DNA from: Octopus vulgaris | Taxonomy: Eukaryota | Direction: 5' to 3' | DNA length: 64,000 nt | Assembly: GCA_951406725.2 (NCBI GenBank) | Contig: OX597841.1 | Coordinates: 62,001-126,000 of the forward strand | Program-made: the position numbers and the translations under genes | Part shown: piece after piece, positions 1 to 12,747 of the stretch | Layout of the letters: every line of letters starts with the position of its first letter | How positions within the stretch are numbered: the first letter of the stretch is position 1 | The notes under the pieces: generated by a model | Databases searched by the model: none | What the model was told of the DNA's origin: nothing | What the model saw: the letters and a program-made list of their open reading frames with translations, nothing else

Positions 1-1025
1 GAATTTAATTCTAAATCTAATTTTTTTCCCTGTAAGTTTGGATTTACTCCCTAATATTATTATTATTATTATTATTATAAATATATATATGTATATATAT
101 AGTTAATCCAAACAAGAAAACACAAAAAAACACAACAACGCGAGGACGTGGAACAAATATAGTATTATTGGACGCTCAGGAAAGAAGGGAAGAAGGAGGG
201 TTTAACGTTTCGAGCGGAGCTCTTCGTCGGAAGCATAGGAGAAGGAAAGATCCAGAGAAGGGAAGACAGAGGAAAAAAAATCGCCAACGGTACACACGTG
301 GTCACATATGTATGTGTATATAAGTACGAATGTATGTATATATGTATTTGTTGTAATATAGATTATTTTCTATACTGAATTTTGTTGTATTTTCGTTGCC
401 CTAGGACACAACTCTTGTAAGTAATGGAAAACATTAAATATTAACAGAAAATCATTTGGAAAATGACAAGATTGAAAAGAAGCCACGAGTATGGATTTTG
501 TAGACATGCTGCTTAGTTTTAAGCCACATTCAACACATCGCTTAAAAGCTAATAAATATGTTGTACGATTTGTAATGGTGTATAATATCTAATGGTGTGT
601 CGGCACGCGAGCGAGATATGAAACAATATTGATAAATGAAAATGTTAGAGCAAAAAATCAGTTCAGTAAATTAATTTAGTTCAAGCTGACAGTATTACGT
701 CTAAGAGGTTCGTGCTTATATATCGACTGACAGTCACCAGATGAGGTTGGTTGGTTGAATTCATTCTTATGTTGTTTACTGTTAATACGATTCGCACTCA
801 GTTACAGAGATTCATATTTGGACAGCAAACAAAATTTCGATGCTTAAATCGATAAGTTCGATTAAACTCAGCAGTCAGGAGAATCATTGATGTCATAGGT
901 TCAATACATGGTTGTATTTATTGAAGCTTAAATAGATTGAAAAACAACAGAAATGTAGCATTAATTATATATATATATAGCAGTAAAAGTTTCAAGTTCG
1001 AATCCAGCTCGTTTCTGTATCTTAC

Positions 1026-1669
1026 ATAGACCACATGATGTATTTTTATACGATTGTGTCCCAAGCAAGGTTTGAGACCAGTGTAGTACAAGGGACTACG
1101 AAGAAGGAAAGGAAAGGAGCCCACATATTCAAAACCGGTTGATTGACAAAGCTTAATGGACCGAATATCATAGAGCAAAGGAAACGAAGACGATTTTAGT
1201 GAGTTCGAGAGAGCAGTAGTTTGAGGAAAGAAACTGTGGGAATAAAAGCACTTAAGACTGACAGGAAGCTCAACAGGGAAACGATGCGTCTTTAAAAGAG
1301 AAATGGGGGACACGTTTGAAGGTTTTGAGAGGAGTTACTAGACAAGAAATTTCATCAGAGCAAAGTCTGTGGAAATAGTGGAGGTAAAACAGTGTCAGAA
1401 TACGTTGCGATTTGTAAACATTTAGTTAGACAGGTGTACAGAATTATGAGGCGGAAATGTTTTTTCTTTAATAGACAGTTGTTTCTGGAGCACTTTTTCC
1501 AACAGAACCCAGACATGCGACTGGTTTTCATCCTTGGTATACAATCTAACTTGATTTTTCAGTAAAAATATATGCTGTTTCGCTTGTTTTTATATCCTGG
1601 TTTTTGGAGCAGAAGCCCAAAGCGTGAAGAATAGATCATTGAGGAAATACAAGATGATGTATAGTAGAC

Positions 1670-1700
<31 letters not shown>

Positions 1701-1730
1701 TGTATGTATGTATGTATGTATGTATGTATG

Positions 1731-1761
<31 letters not shown>

Positions 1762-1766
1762 GTATG

Positions 1767-1820
<54 letters not shown>

Positions 1821-2678
1821 TGTGCGTACCTATATGATAATGGAGAAAGCTGCTTAGTAATTAGATATGTAACAGTTAATAAAGAATTCAATTATTAAAA
1901 GCTTGAACGTCTGGAATATTTTTTTTATAAATTTATGAACCGACGCAAGAGAATTCGAGACAGGAGAGAAATCATCTCATCCTGCGTCAGATTGCTGAAG
2001 GCACGCGTGCAGATGAAAAGGGATTTGGCGTCGAACAGACAGTAAACAACCAGAATGACCGACCTTAGAGTGTATCTGGCTCTATCGAGATTAGACCTGC
2101 AAATCGACGTCCAAATCCACTGTCACTTGAGGTTTGGACTGTTGTGACAGCTACTGGAAGGTCTCCTCTCGTTTTTGTGACCTCGGATGATGAAACGAAG
2201 TCCCAGCAATACATTAGTGACATTCAGGTAGCTGAACCGTTTCTATGGGCTGATGAGCACTTTCAAGGGGCAACTTCGAGACTCCAGCAGGAATCACCAC
2301 AGTTCCACAGCTCCGAGCAGACACATCTCTCGATTCAGAAAGCATTCAGTCTTTCATAAGCAAGGATGTATGGACCTCAAGAAGCTCCGATGTCAACTCG
2401 TTGGAGTTTTTCTGTTTGGTACATTTTGGGTCCGAGGCTCTCGAGCACTTCTCATGTTTCTCTCGGCACCCTGAAAGCAAAATTGTGCCCGTGTGAAGCA
2501 ATTCAAACCTAGATTTAAGGTTGTGATTCGAAACAAAGGTGGTCATATCGAATAAATGTTATCATATCGTAAATGTGTTTCATTTTCCATTGCATTGCCA
2601 CACTCAGTCCCGAAATATATAAATATCTTGCTATGGAAATAGTGAAAAATTTGTTTGCCCTGATTTGGGGATACCCTG

Positions 2679-2734
<56 letters not shown>

Positions 2735-2943
2735 CACACACACTCACACATATGCGTGCACACATACTATCACACATGCGCACACGCAAATACACACACA
2801 CACATAGTTTTTAATTAGGAAGCACCGCCAATTGCCATGAGACATGTAAATACATGTTTTGTGAAACTTATTAAAGCAGTTTGTGTTACGGCTGAAATAG
2901 AGAGTGTACCGATCCAGAAATATGTTTACTTTTCATCGTCCAT
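1026..2943 (-). CDS. Possible first two exons (2943-2930, 1095-1026) of an unrelated, divergently oriented gene
   Basis: caccATGGACGATGAAAA|gtaaac joins in phase to a polypyrimidine-tag|70-nt exon|gtaag, giving [28 protein letters not shown]. The first donor is weak and I recognise no homology. Confidence 0.25.
1990..2560 (+). mobile_element. Degenerate Tc1/mariner-superfamily transposase fragment
   Basis: [12 protein letters not shown]...QQYISDI...[11 protein letters not shown]...LQQES resembles the DDE/D core region (xQQDxAPxH); frameshifted. Confidence 0.6.
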
Positions 2944-3000
2944 GGTGATTGATTTCAATGATTTGAATGATTTCCTTTAATGGAAGACTTCGCTCCAGCG

Positions 3001-3042
<42 letters not shown>

Positions 3043-3047
<5 letters not shown>

Positions 3048-4088
3048 ATATTTCGGAATGGTCATATTGCCAGTGTAGCCAATAAAAACACACGCACTCT
3101 ATATTTGGTGTTATTTTGCTTCAGTGTTATTTATTTTTTACATTAATCTTAATCTTATTTCGGCCAGAGTTCTTTCGTCACACTCCTGTGACCGCATCAG
3201 TGGTCCTTTGTTTTCTTCTTTCTTATTTGTGTCTCTTCTTACTAAACCGTCAGCCATTTTGTATTTCTATTGTATGTCTTCATTTTCGCATGCTTATAAC
3301 TCTATGTGCGTCTATGTTTATTTAGTGTGTGTGTGTGGGGGGGATGCCTGTAATATTTGTATCTTCTGTTTATATATGTTCATGTAATTTGTATTTTGTT
3401 TTTTGTTTTTGTTGTTTTTGTTTATTCTTATTTTGTTCATGTGTTTACATCTACATATTATTATCATTACATATGCTTGTACGTATGTATGTATGTATGT
3501 ATGTATAACAACAATACTAGTAATAATAATAATAAATCGAATCGAAAAAAAAAAAAATATAGTTATTTATTTCTATTAGTTTATTTATCTGTGTATTTAT
3601 TATGTTTTCAGGATCCTCTATCATCATATGTTGTGGTGTGTGTTAGTGCTCCATTCTAGTTTTCAATTCAGGCTAGGTTTATTTTCTATTATGTGTGTAG
3701 CTTCTGTAATTTGTCTAATTGTTGCATCTGTTCTATGTGTGGACAATATTTTAATTTCTATGTTATTGATTGAACCCCCGTGTTCCTGTTCGGCGTGTTG
3801 GTACAGAATCGATGAGCTTTTACCTTCCTTGAGTTGTCTCCAATGTACGTTTACCCGCTCTCCTATGCTTATTGCCGTTTCCCCTACGTATGTCGTAGTC
3901 TTGTTACTGCATCGTCCCTCTATACATCTTATACTATAGACTACATTTCTGGCTTTACAGTTTGTTTGTGGGCTAAATCTACATACAGTACAGTACTTAT
4001 CCGAACAGGGGGGGGGGTCTACTGAAAGGATAGGTTCTACCAATTATAGATTTGATAGGGTTGCCTGGCTTTTCAACAACCTTAATTA
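3043..4088 (-). mobile_element. Truncated Penelope-like retroelement (GIY-YIG endonuclease ORF 4043-3663 plus 3' region)
   Basis: C..C..C...NCKARNVVYSIRC...YVGET...ERVNVH...LYQH...H...EATHI...PSLN is the typical PLE GIY-YIG C-terminus; bracketed by (TA)n tracts. Confidence 0.85.
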
Positions 4089-4133
4089 ATTATATATATA
4101 TATATATATATGTACAGGTATATGTATATATAT

Positions 4134-4222
<89 letters not shown>

Positions 4223-5013
4223 CACACATAAGTGATGGCAGTGACTCAGAAATATGTTTACGTTGTATCATCTATGGTGATTGATTTGAATGATTTTCTT
4301 TAATGGAAGACTTCGGTCCAGCGACATTCAACGTTCAGCTTTCATATCTCCACCTACAGAAACACCAACGCCACATCACCCCATCAACAGGTATTAATAA
4401 TGCAACGTCACAATCACAAACACCAGAGCTGCATTACTGCTAACATCGGAACGACTTCAACAACTACACAGGCGTATCTTCTGTATGTTTCGTGAAGCGC
4501 ATTTCTCTACTCAAGAACTTCTTTCCTTCGTAGTAACAAAGAAGACGTATTGAAAAGTTTGGTGTATTTTCACTCTTCTGGAGAAATACAAGCATATAAG
4601 TAAACAAGATTGATCTGAGTGGATGGTCCTGTGGTTTTTGGTCAATCTGCGTGTTTTGGTAATTTTCGGACAAGCCTAAGTCTGAAGGTGAAACAGATAA
4701 GAGAACAAAGGACAGACAGCAATGGACAGTTCTGGCATTTATGAAAAGTCCTGATATCTGTACATTCTACTGTGGTTAATAGAAGAAAGTACTTACAATA
4801 GAAGACAGGAAGGAGAGCAGAGAGAAGTTGTGCCCTTAATGAACAGTCCTGATAAGAAGTCCTCACGTAACCACCTAAAGTGTAGGGGCGGCCCTCCACC
4901 TCAGTGAAAGTAAGTGGGTTCTTTTCTATCATATTCTGTTATATTTGTACACGTATATATTATGATAAGAAGGTGTAGGAAAAAAAAGATTAGTGTGTGT
5001 TGAGGCATGTGTG

Positions 5014-5078
<65 letters not shown>

Positions 5079-5309
5079 TGTTTCCCTCCCCTCTTCCTCT
5101 CTCACAGCTAGCTAACTAGCTATATATATCTGTGTTAATCCGTATGGATAATAAAGAAGTAATATATATATATATATATGTATGTATGTATGTGTGTATA
5201 TATATATATATATGAATGTATGTATGTATGTATGTATGTATGTATGTATGTATGTATGTATGTATGTATATATATACAGACAGACAGACAGGCAGGCAAG
5301 CAGACTGAC

Positions 5310-5381
<72 letters not shown>

Positions 5382-6578
5382 GCAAAGAGCTTCCACATAC
5401 TTTCCGGCTACCAGATTCCGTCTCTAGGCATTGGTTGGCCGGGCCAATACTAGAAGACACTTGCCCAAGTAGCCGCTCAGTGGGATTGAATCGGGAAGCA
5501 TGTGATTACCAAGCGAGCTCCTTAATCTTACAGCTGTGCCTGAGCCTATATTCTGTGGTCCCTGTTATTAATGGTCATGAATGAAGGCCCTAGAATTACT
5601 ACCAACTGGAAAAGCTTCGTCTGGTCTGAACAGATCTATGCTCAGTTGCCAGTATCACTTGTAGGTTGTTCCTATGCTGTTTGAGTTTTTAGGTTCTTTC
5701 TCTCCGCTGTGTTGTCCGGTTTTACCCCTCTAGTACAGAGAGTTCGATTTAACCCAAGCCTGGTTCTTGTGGCATGGAGGACAGGTTGTTACCCAAGCCG
5801 TGTGTCCCTGCTCTCTGCATCATTGATGGATCCAAAAGAACAGCAAGGAACGTTGCAGTCTCCTATCAGCGTCGTCGTAGGAGTTGCAAGAGTGAAGCAT
5901 TGAACTGATTCAGGGTGTTTGATGCCCGCTTTTAACTCAGTGTTTACACCCAAACACTTTCCCGTGGTTTTGTATTATTGCAAGGTATCGGAGGTTTGAA
6001 ATAAGAACTTTCTTTCCCCTATGATAGGTAGCCCCACTACCACCACCAACACTAGGCTAATGAGCCCCATTTGATCAACTGAATTATTAATTAACTCATA
6101 TGTGCGATCCTACCGAGTACGTCTACTCCGGATAAAACTAATCTGGGAACAACATTGGCTAAGAAGTGTTTCCAAACTCTTGAAAACCCTGGAAATCTCA
6201 AACCAGGGCCCCGTAACGAATACAACTTAAAATCTTCCCCAGGACCTGCGTCTTTACCAATAACCGTAATTTATTTTAAATTTTTTATTCTAAATTATAT
6301 GTTATTCCTTTTGCGTTTTCTCTTCCGAACAACCTTCCTCTCACACACAAACACTTTCCATCTTCTCATTGTATCTCTCTCTTCTTTTTCAGGATTTCTC
6401 TCTGTTACTCTCTAACTTTTTCTTTTCTCCTTGTCTTTCTCTTCCCCGTTCTCTCTTTATTAAAATTCATTTTGTCTCATTGCTGAATCTCTTCATATTT
6501 CACCCCACCTCATTCTTTCTCTCTTTCATGCCATTTCTTTACCCCTTCTGTCTACTTTTAGCAATCATAGAGCCAAGA

Positions 6579-7263
6579 ATGTTCCAGTCTGCTTTTACTC
6601 GTCCAGCTGCAATGGCAGTGCTGCTGTTAACCCTTACAACAATTCTGATTGTTACCTCAGATCAGGAACTTGATGGCTACTACAAAAGTTTGGGACCTGG
6701 TTATTCCTATGGTTATAATGGGACACCTCCAACAGAACAATTCTTCTCAACACGAAACCTACTCGACTGCACCGCGCTCGCTCAGAGGAGCCAATCGCAA
6801 TTTTTCACTTACAACAAAGTCAGCCATGCTTGTAAGAATTACTCACCGAAAAATATAATGACAGTCGTCAGCACGAATGACACCAACGAGATTTCCTTCT
6901 ATAGAAGTAAGTGAATCTTCTTTATTATTACTGTTTTTCTTTTGTTCTTTTTTATTTTGCTTTTTGCGGTACCAGTTGAAGAGTGAGGTCAATGAAATCG
7001 ACTTACTTTTCTCTCCAATAATTTGCTGGCCTTGTGCCAAAATTTGAAATCAATATTAATATTGTTGTTGCTGTTTGTTTGTTTGTTTGTTGAGCGAAGC
7101 GGTCTCCGTCCCAGTAGTGGGAGAAGTCCGAAACGTGGTCCTTTGCTATTCGTAAGATAACACTTCCAATCACTTAAGATCAGAAGCCATGAGAGCCACT
7201 GTCAGGTACTGCATCAGGGTATTTATTATTATTATCATTATTATTATTATTATTATTATTATA

Positions 7264-7304
<41 letters not shown>

Positions 7305-10300
7305 TGTTATTATTATAATAATAATAATTATTATTGTTGTTATTGTTGTTGTTGTTGTTGTTATTATATGAAATCTCACAACTTATTTTGCTGGTTATGA
7401 TGGAACGTGTCAGCTGTCCACAGCTTAGCAGACTAAGGTGACGCTTATTTACTGGCCATGCTTCAAGAACTCTGCAAAGAATTCTTACAGTTCCAAGCAA
7501 TGCTTATTCTTTGAAGGTGTTCCACCTTCACACGTGCACCAATCTTTTTTAACCGTGTTGATAGCTAGGTGCTGATACCTCTATCATCATTATTATTACT
7601 ATTGTTGTTATAATTATTATTTCAGATAGCAAATGGATCAAAGTATATGCCATATCAAAGGGAGCTGGTTCGAAAGTCTATAATTCATTCCTGAATATAG
7701 GACTTCCTTCAACCTGGAATGTGGACAAATGCAATGGTACCTTTTGTCCTAACTTCTTCCGACATCCCATCCTTGATTTCTGGAACAATCTTCCAATTGA
7801 TGAGGTATGTATGTCTATGCATGCAGAAACGCGCGAGTGCGAAACACATCATTGTCTTCATAATCGTTATAATGATTAAACGGCTTCTAGATCAATTCAA
7901 TTATGTTTGTAATATATTTGATTTCTAGAAATTATTTATTAGGTTGACGAAGTAGTGTTGTAAAGAATTTTATCTGCGGCAAAACGCAGCAATAAGAATA
8001 TTTATCATAAACGAAAGACTCTCCCTTTTTGGAGAGAGAGAAAGAGATAGATAGACAGATAGATAGATAGTTAGATAGATAGATAGACAGACAAGTAGAT
8101 AGATAGATAGATAGATAGGTAGATATGGTTTTAGTATTTGGTTATTCTTTATGTGAATTTGTGTGTTAAAGCACAGTTTATTGTATCAGGGGAGAGTCAT
8201 TCTCTTTTTGGTGCCTTATTAGTTAACACACGCACCGGTTCGATTTCCACTCATTTACTTATTTTTTCTAAAATTTTCGTTACGTCTTTCAAAAGTCATT
8301 GAGCCTGTCCGTTATCAGGGCTGCGTTCTTTCTGTTTGTTTGTGCGCATGTGTGTGCGTTAGTGTGCATGTGTATACACATACGTATGTATATATGCATA
8401 CATGTATGTATGTGTGTATGCATATATGTGTATGCATATATATATACATATATGTGTGTGTATGCATGTGTGTACGTTTGTATGAATATATGCATGTGTG
8501 CACGTTTGTATTTATGTATGTATGTATGTATATATGTCAGGTCACTTTCGAGTGCTACTGGTAACATGTAACCCATTACAGCCTGTTGCATAGTCGGGCC
8601 GTCTGAGACTAAACCGGCAACCCCACCAAGCTTGCTTGGTGAGGAGCGTGTTTATTCGACACCATGCGGGATGAAAAACAAAACCCGTCAAAGGGCGGAG
8701 GAACTCTTGAGAGTCAATGGTCATCCAATAAATGTATTAAGGATGTATCAAGCGCGAGGACATAGAAATAATCGGACTGAATACCCGATCACGCGGTTAA
8801 ACCATTGGGAGTGAAGGACTTCTAGCCCTTGTTAGGGCATCCTTCTAGGAGAAGCTAGTCAGGTAACTGGGATAACTCCGAGGTCATACTGTATTGAAGG
8901 TTAAGTGATATATACCAGATAGTATCATGGTAGCATATGAGTGAAGTTTAATTAATTATATTATATGATTCATTTAGAGATAGCAAGATACGCCAAATCA
9001 GCAAATACAATCATTCATCAACAGATGCTTGCGTAGTATACTTAAAATTAGATGACCCGAACACACAAGCAATATGGAGCTATGGCAAAGAACAAATCAA
9101 TTTTCGATTAGGGAGTAAATATTTAAGAAAAAGTAGAAGTGGATTGGTAGCACAATTATAAAAGACACACCGAATATAGCGAAAAGTGCTTTACAGTGTA
9201 ATCCGGATGGATATAGAAAGAAAGGTAGGCCTAAGAACTCACATGGCGTAGATCAACAGAAGGAACTAGAGAAAGGGGGACATTCATGGCAGAGTATAAG
9301 TACAGAAGTGAAAAATTATGCGACATGGAATTCAATTATAAGTGGCCTATACTCCGCGTTGGAGGGTTAAAGGCAGGAAAAAAAACATACGTATGGAGCG
9401 AGTGACCAATCAATGTCATTAATTTCGCATGTTAAACAGATTAATTTCGGTCAAGAGAATTATGAAGTAAAAATGAGAGTGGACATTAAGCTAACAGTGA
9501 AGGAAATACATATTGAATTACCTCGATCTATTTAACTTGATCCATTTATTTTTATTATGTGTGTATGTGCGTGCGTGTGTGGTTGTAAGCGTATGTGGTT
9601 GTAAGTGTGTGCTACATGCTCATTTATTTTACAGGTGAAACTGGTGATTTATAAAAACCAAACAGATGTGGTAACTATAATATTTGATGGACGAAATACA
9701 ACCCTTCAAAGCTGGTTCTCTCACGAAAAGTTGAAAAATTCACCGTGGAACGACCTAGCTTCAGCCACCGGAGTTCAATTCTCAATTGAGGGATTCAGGT
9801 ATGCAAATATATATTTCATCTTCTTTTATTTTGTTATGTAGAGACCTATATTGTTAAAAAATGTCACTTTACGTACGCTATAGATAAATTTTAACACTAT
9901 ACATTTCGACGCGACACTTTCTGGTGATGAACAACGCATCTCTAGGCTTTCAACATTATATCTTCATTTATTATAATATACAGAATGCAAATTTGAACTA
10001 ATACTGCTTCCGTCCGTAATAATGAAATATATTCTGCCTCTTGACTAACAGCAACGCTAGTGATTTGTTAATCACTGTTTTTCTATACCGAGGCTAAATA
10101 GGTCTGCGCATGCGGATGTCAATGACTACTTCATATTGAAGTTTTGAAAGAAACAGGAATACGTACAGCGGGAAGACCGAAAATGTCTTGGAAGTTATAA
10201 CATGCCGGCGGGAAATAATATCACTAGGTGAGACAAGCTGACACTGAATCAGCTTCGCTGACTGATAGGTGACGGTCGTTTAGAGAATGCGCGGGCTAAA

Positions 10301-10999
10301 ACTACGCGCCTTCACTAGTCAGTTAAGGTGAGACAGTGTCACGTGACAACTTGCTACTGCTGCCTGCTGGAGCCTCGCGGTAGGTATTTAAAGGGAGAAT
10401 TTTGACAAGTCTGTCAGTCACCGGCTGACACTCGCTGACGATACATCGAAGAGGCCCGGGAACAGAAGAAAGAAGACATGCACACAACACCAGAGCTGAA
10501 GACATCCCCGAAAGGGCGGGGGGATCCCGCCACGTCAAAGCGGTAGAGGAGTAGGGGCCGAAACCGGACGTGGTTCCTCCTGATGATCACTTGAGCTAAT
10601 GGATCCTACATAGGAGGTGTTGTGGTAGCAGACTAAGAAACACGGTTGTAATTCCTCCTAGCAATTCCACCGCCGCCGAAAAAGGTTATTTCTCTGTTGC
10701 TAATATATTTCCGTATTTTTAACAACACACTTTTAAATTAAATGATTTCCAGTGACAAACAGCTCAGTTTCCTGGATTTCACACCAAGAAGCATGTTTCA
10801 AAGTGGGACACAGGAAAATATATTTTCACCTTAATGTGCTCATTTACTTGTTTCAGTCATTTGACAGTGGCCATGCTGGAGCACTGCCTTTAGTCGAGCA
10901 AATCGACGCCAGGACTTATTTTTTGTAAGCGTAGTACTAATTCGATCGGTCTCTTTTGCCGAACCGCTAAGTTACGGTTGTCAAGAGATGTTGGGGCGA

Positions 11000-11046
<47 letters not shown>

Positions 11047-11487
11047 GCACACACATATATATATATATATACATATATACGACGGGCTTCTTTCAGTTTC
11101 CGTCTACCAAATCCGCTCACAAGGCTTTTGTCGGCCCGAAGCTAGAGTAAAAACACTTGCCCAAGGTGCTACGCAGTAGGACTGAACCCGGAGGATGTTG
11201 TTGGTAAGCAAGCTACTTACCACACAGCCACTTTACCATAATTATATTTACTTGTAAGTGTTGGGTTTAGATATTTTTATGTTCCGTTATATAATTTATT
11301 TTGACTAGAATTCATTTTATATTTATTTAGCGCTTTGATAAGATGTTTAATACAGGAAAATGTTATCGCTCGTATGTTTGTGGCCGTTTGTGGATTTATC
11401 TATTTTTGTACTAAAGTGTATGCCTCGTGTGTAATTTCGCCTTTGTTGGTGTATTGACATTTGCGCATTTCTGCGTGTTTGTGTGAG

Positions 11488-11527
<40 letters not shown>

Positions 11528-11956
11528 TGGGTGTGTGCGCGTACGTGTGTGTGTGTGTGTGCGTGTTTCAGTGCATATGTGTGTTTTTATGTGTGTGAGT
11601 GTTTAAACCCACATCTTTATGTGTATACACATTTAGTATGATACACAGATGGCTATTTTTAATTAAACACTGACTAATTCAATTGCGTGTAGCGGACATA
11701 CTAGTCTATTTAATACATGTTTAGATTTTCATATTCTGAAACCCAAACAAGTTTTATTTTTATTTTTCTCCTTAGACATGTACGTCGCTTCCATATAACA
11801 TTACATGTTAATTGTGAAGGGGACAATGGCTGGTTGACCATCAATGAGGGACCACTTTTCTGTCAGTGGGAAATGTCAGATCACTACCCTATATTTCGTT
11901 ATTCTGATACAAAATCGAAAGTCATATGGAACAACGGTAAGTGATATTGAATCTTC

Positions 11957-11994
<38 letters not shown>

Positions 11995-12253
11995 TTACTG
12001 TGAGTAGTAATACTAAAAGTTAATTTTGTACTTATTGTTCAGGAACCAATAAGCTTGATTGAGCTGATTTATGAATAAAAGCATTCTGACCGAGAATCGA
12101 CTGCTATTTCTAGTAATTCGAGTGACCACGTATAAAGCCTTCCCACGATATATTTGAATGTCTTTTTGTTGTTGATGTTGTTATTTGTTACTTGCAGGTT
12201 ATGCATTAGCAGACTCCATGGCCATATTCATCCGCCTGAGGCAGCAGAACTAA
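6579..12253 (+). CDS. Copy A: intact 5-exon gene, 295-aa secreted protein (signal peptide + PAN/Apple-like module + uncharacterised C-terminal domain). Exons 6579-6906, 7626-7804, 9635-9798, 11776-11936, 12198-12253
   Basis: Hand-spliced. All introns are GT..AG with phases 1,0,2,1, giving 888 nt open from ATG to [30 protein letters not shown]...[23 protein letters not shown]...|[18 protein letters not shown]...|VKLVIYKNQ...WFSHEKL...|RRFHITLHVNCEGDNGWL...|[17 protein letters not shown]. The same exon boundaries recur in every paralog. Confidence 0.9.
7380..7530 (-). mobile_element. 3' tip of a restriction-like-endonuclease (R4/NeSL-type) LINE next to an (ATT/GTT)n tract in intron 1; also present in copies C, E, F
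   Basis: [12 protein letters not shown] resembles the LLGTAHILRKVL C-terminal motif of such elements and is followed by a trinucleotide tail. Confidence 0.45.
9165..9385 (+). mobile_element. RTE-clade LINE 3' fragment in intron 2 (also ~19030-19245, 25535-25755, 34730-34950, 40800-41015, 53660-53880)
   Basis: [24 protein letters not shown]...W resembles the RTE C-terminal W.P.GKR..GRP...W motif. Confidence 0.65.
10338..10419 (+). promoter_or_regulatory. Core-promoter-like motif set inside intron 3 (E-box palindrome, TATA-like box, Inr)
   Basis: GTCACGTGAC at 10338-10347, TATTTAAA at 10385, and TCAGTC with its A at 10416 (TATA at -31). Activity unknown. Confidence 0.35.
10845..11232 (-). mobile_element. 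tRNA-derived SINE type 1 with internal (TA)/(TG) microsatellite, in intron 3 (paralogous copies ~15536-15980, 23740-24165, 55340-55760)
   Basis: A-box GTGGCTGTGTGGTAAG, B-box GGGTTCAGTCC, ACCTTGGGCAAG core; matches the full-length copy at 27208. Confidence 0.8.
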
Positions 12254-12299
12254 CCCAGCACATGATAACCATTGATACTATTGATGTTGTTAACGTCCA

Positions 12300-12600
12300 T
12301 CCAATCCAGTTGACCACCACTGGTGATCCACACAAGTCACGTTTTACCTTTTAATAAAGAATCCATACAAATATTCTATCCAACATCGGTCCTTTGAGTT
12401 GTGATTCTCTTTCTCTCATTCCAGCTGTTGTTGTTGTTCACATTCACCCAATCCAGCTGACCACCACTGGTGATGCACATAAGTCACGTTTTACCTGTTA
12501 ATAAAGAATCCATCTAAATATTGTATCCAACATCGGTCTTTTGAGTTGCGATTCTCTTTCTCTCTTTCTGAGAGCTGTTGTTGTTGTTCCAGTTCATGAC
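12300..12600 (+). repeat. ~150-bp tandem duplication in the 3' UTR, each unit carrying AATAAA; conserved after every exon 5
   Basis: CCAATCCAG(T/C)TGACCACCACTGGTGAT...TAATAAAGAATCCAT occurs at ~12301 and ~12449. Confidence 0.8.
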
Positions 12601-12747
12601 TGTCCAGACTATATGTAAAAGAGATGTGTGTGTATGTGTGTGTGTGCGAGCGTGCGCGTATACACGTGCATGCGCGCACATGCGTACCTGCATTCGTTGT
12701 GCGTGTGTGTAGATATCTGCGGTTTTATCTCTGTGATGTTGGAGAAA

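Noticed and set aside
5709-5903. 64-75 aa ORF repeated at 15231-15458
   Set aside because: GTG starts, no splice or domain evidence; it is a duplicated upstream-flank fragment, useful only as a breakpoint marker.
6155-6578. Long hydrophobic N-terminal extensions in ORFs 6369-6914, 44077-44835, 50028-50462 and 61187-61621
   Set aside because: They are read-through of a pyrimidine-rich stretch (probably an intron end) before the real ATG; the frame is not conserved between copies.
12154-12354. Repeated 66-aa ORF with a signal-peptide-like start ([14 protein letters not shown]...)
   Set aside because: It is an alternative frame over the intron-4 acceptor and exon 5, starts at TTG, and is conserved only because of duplication.
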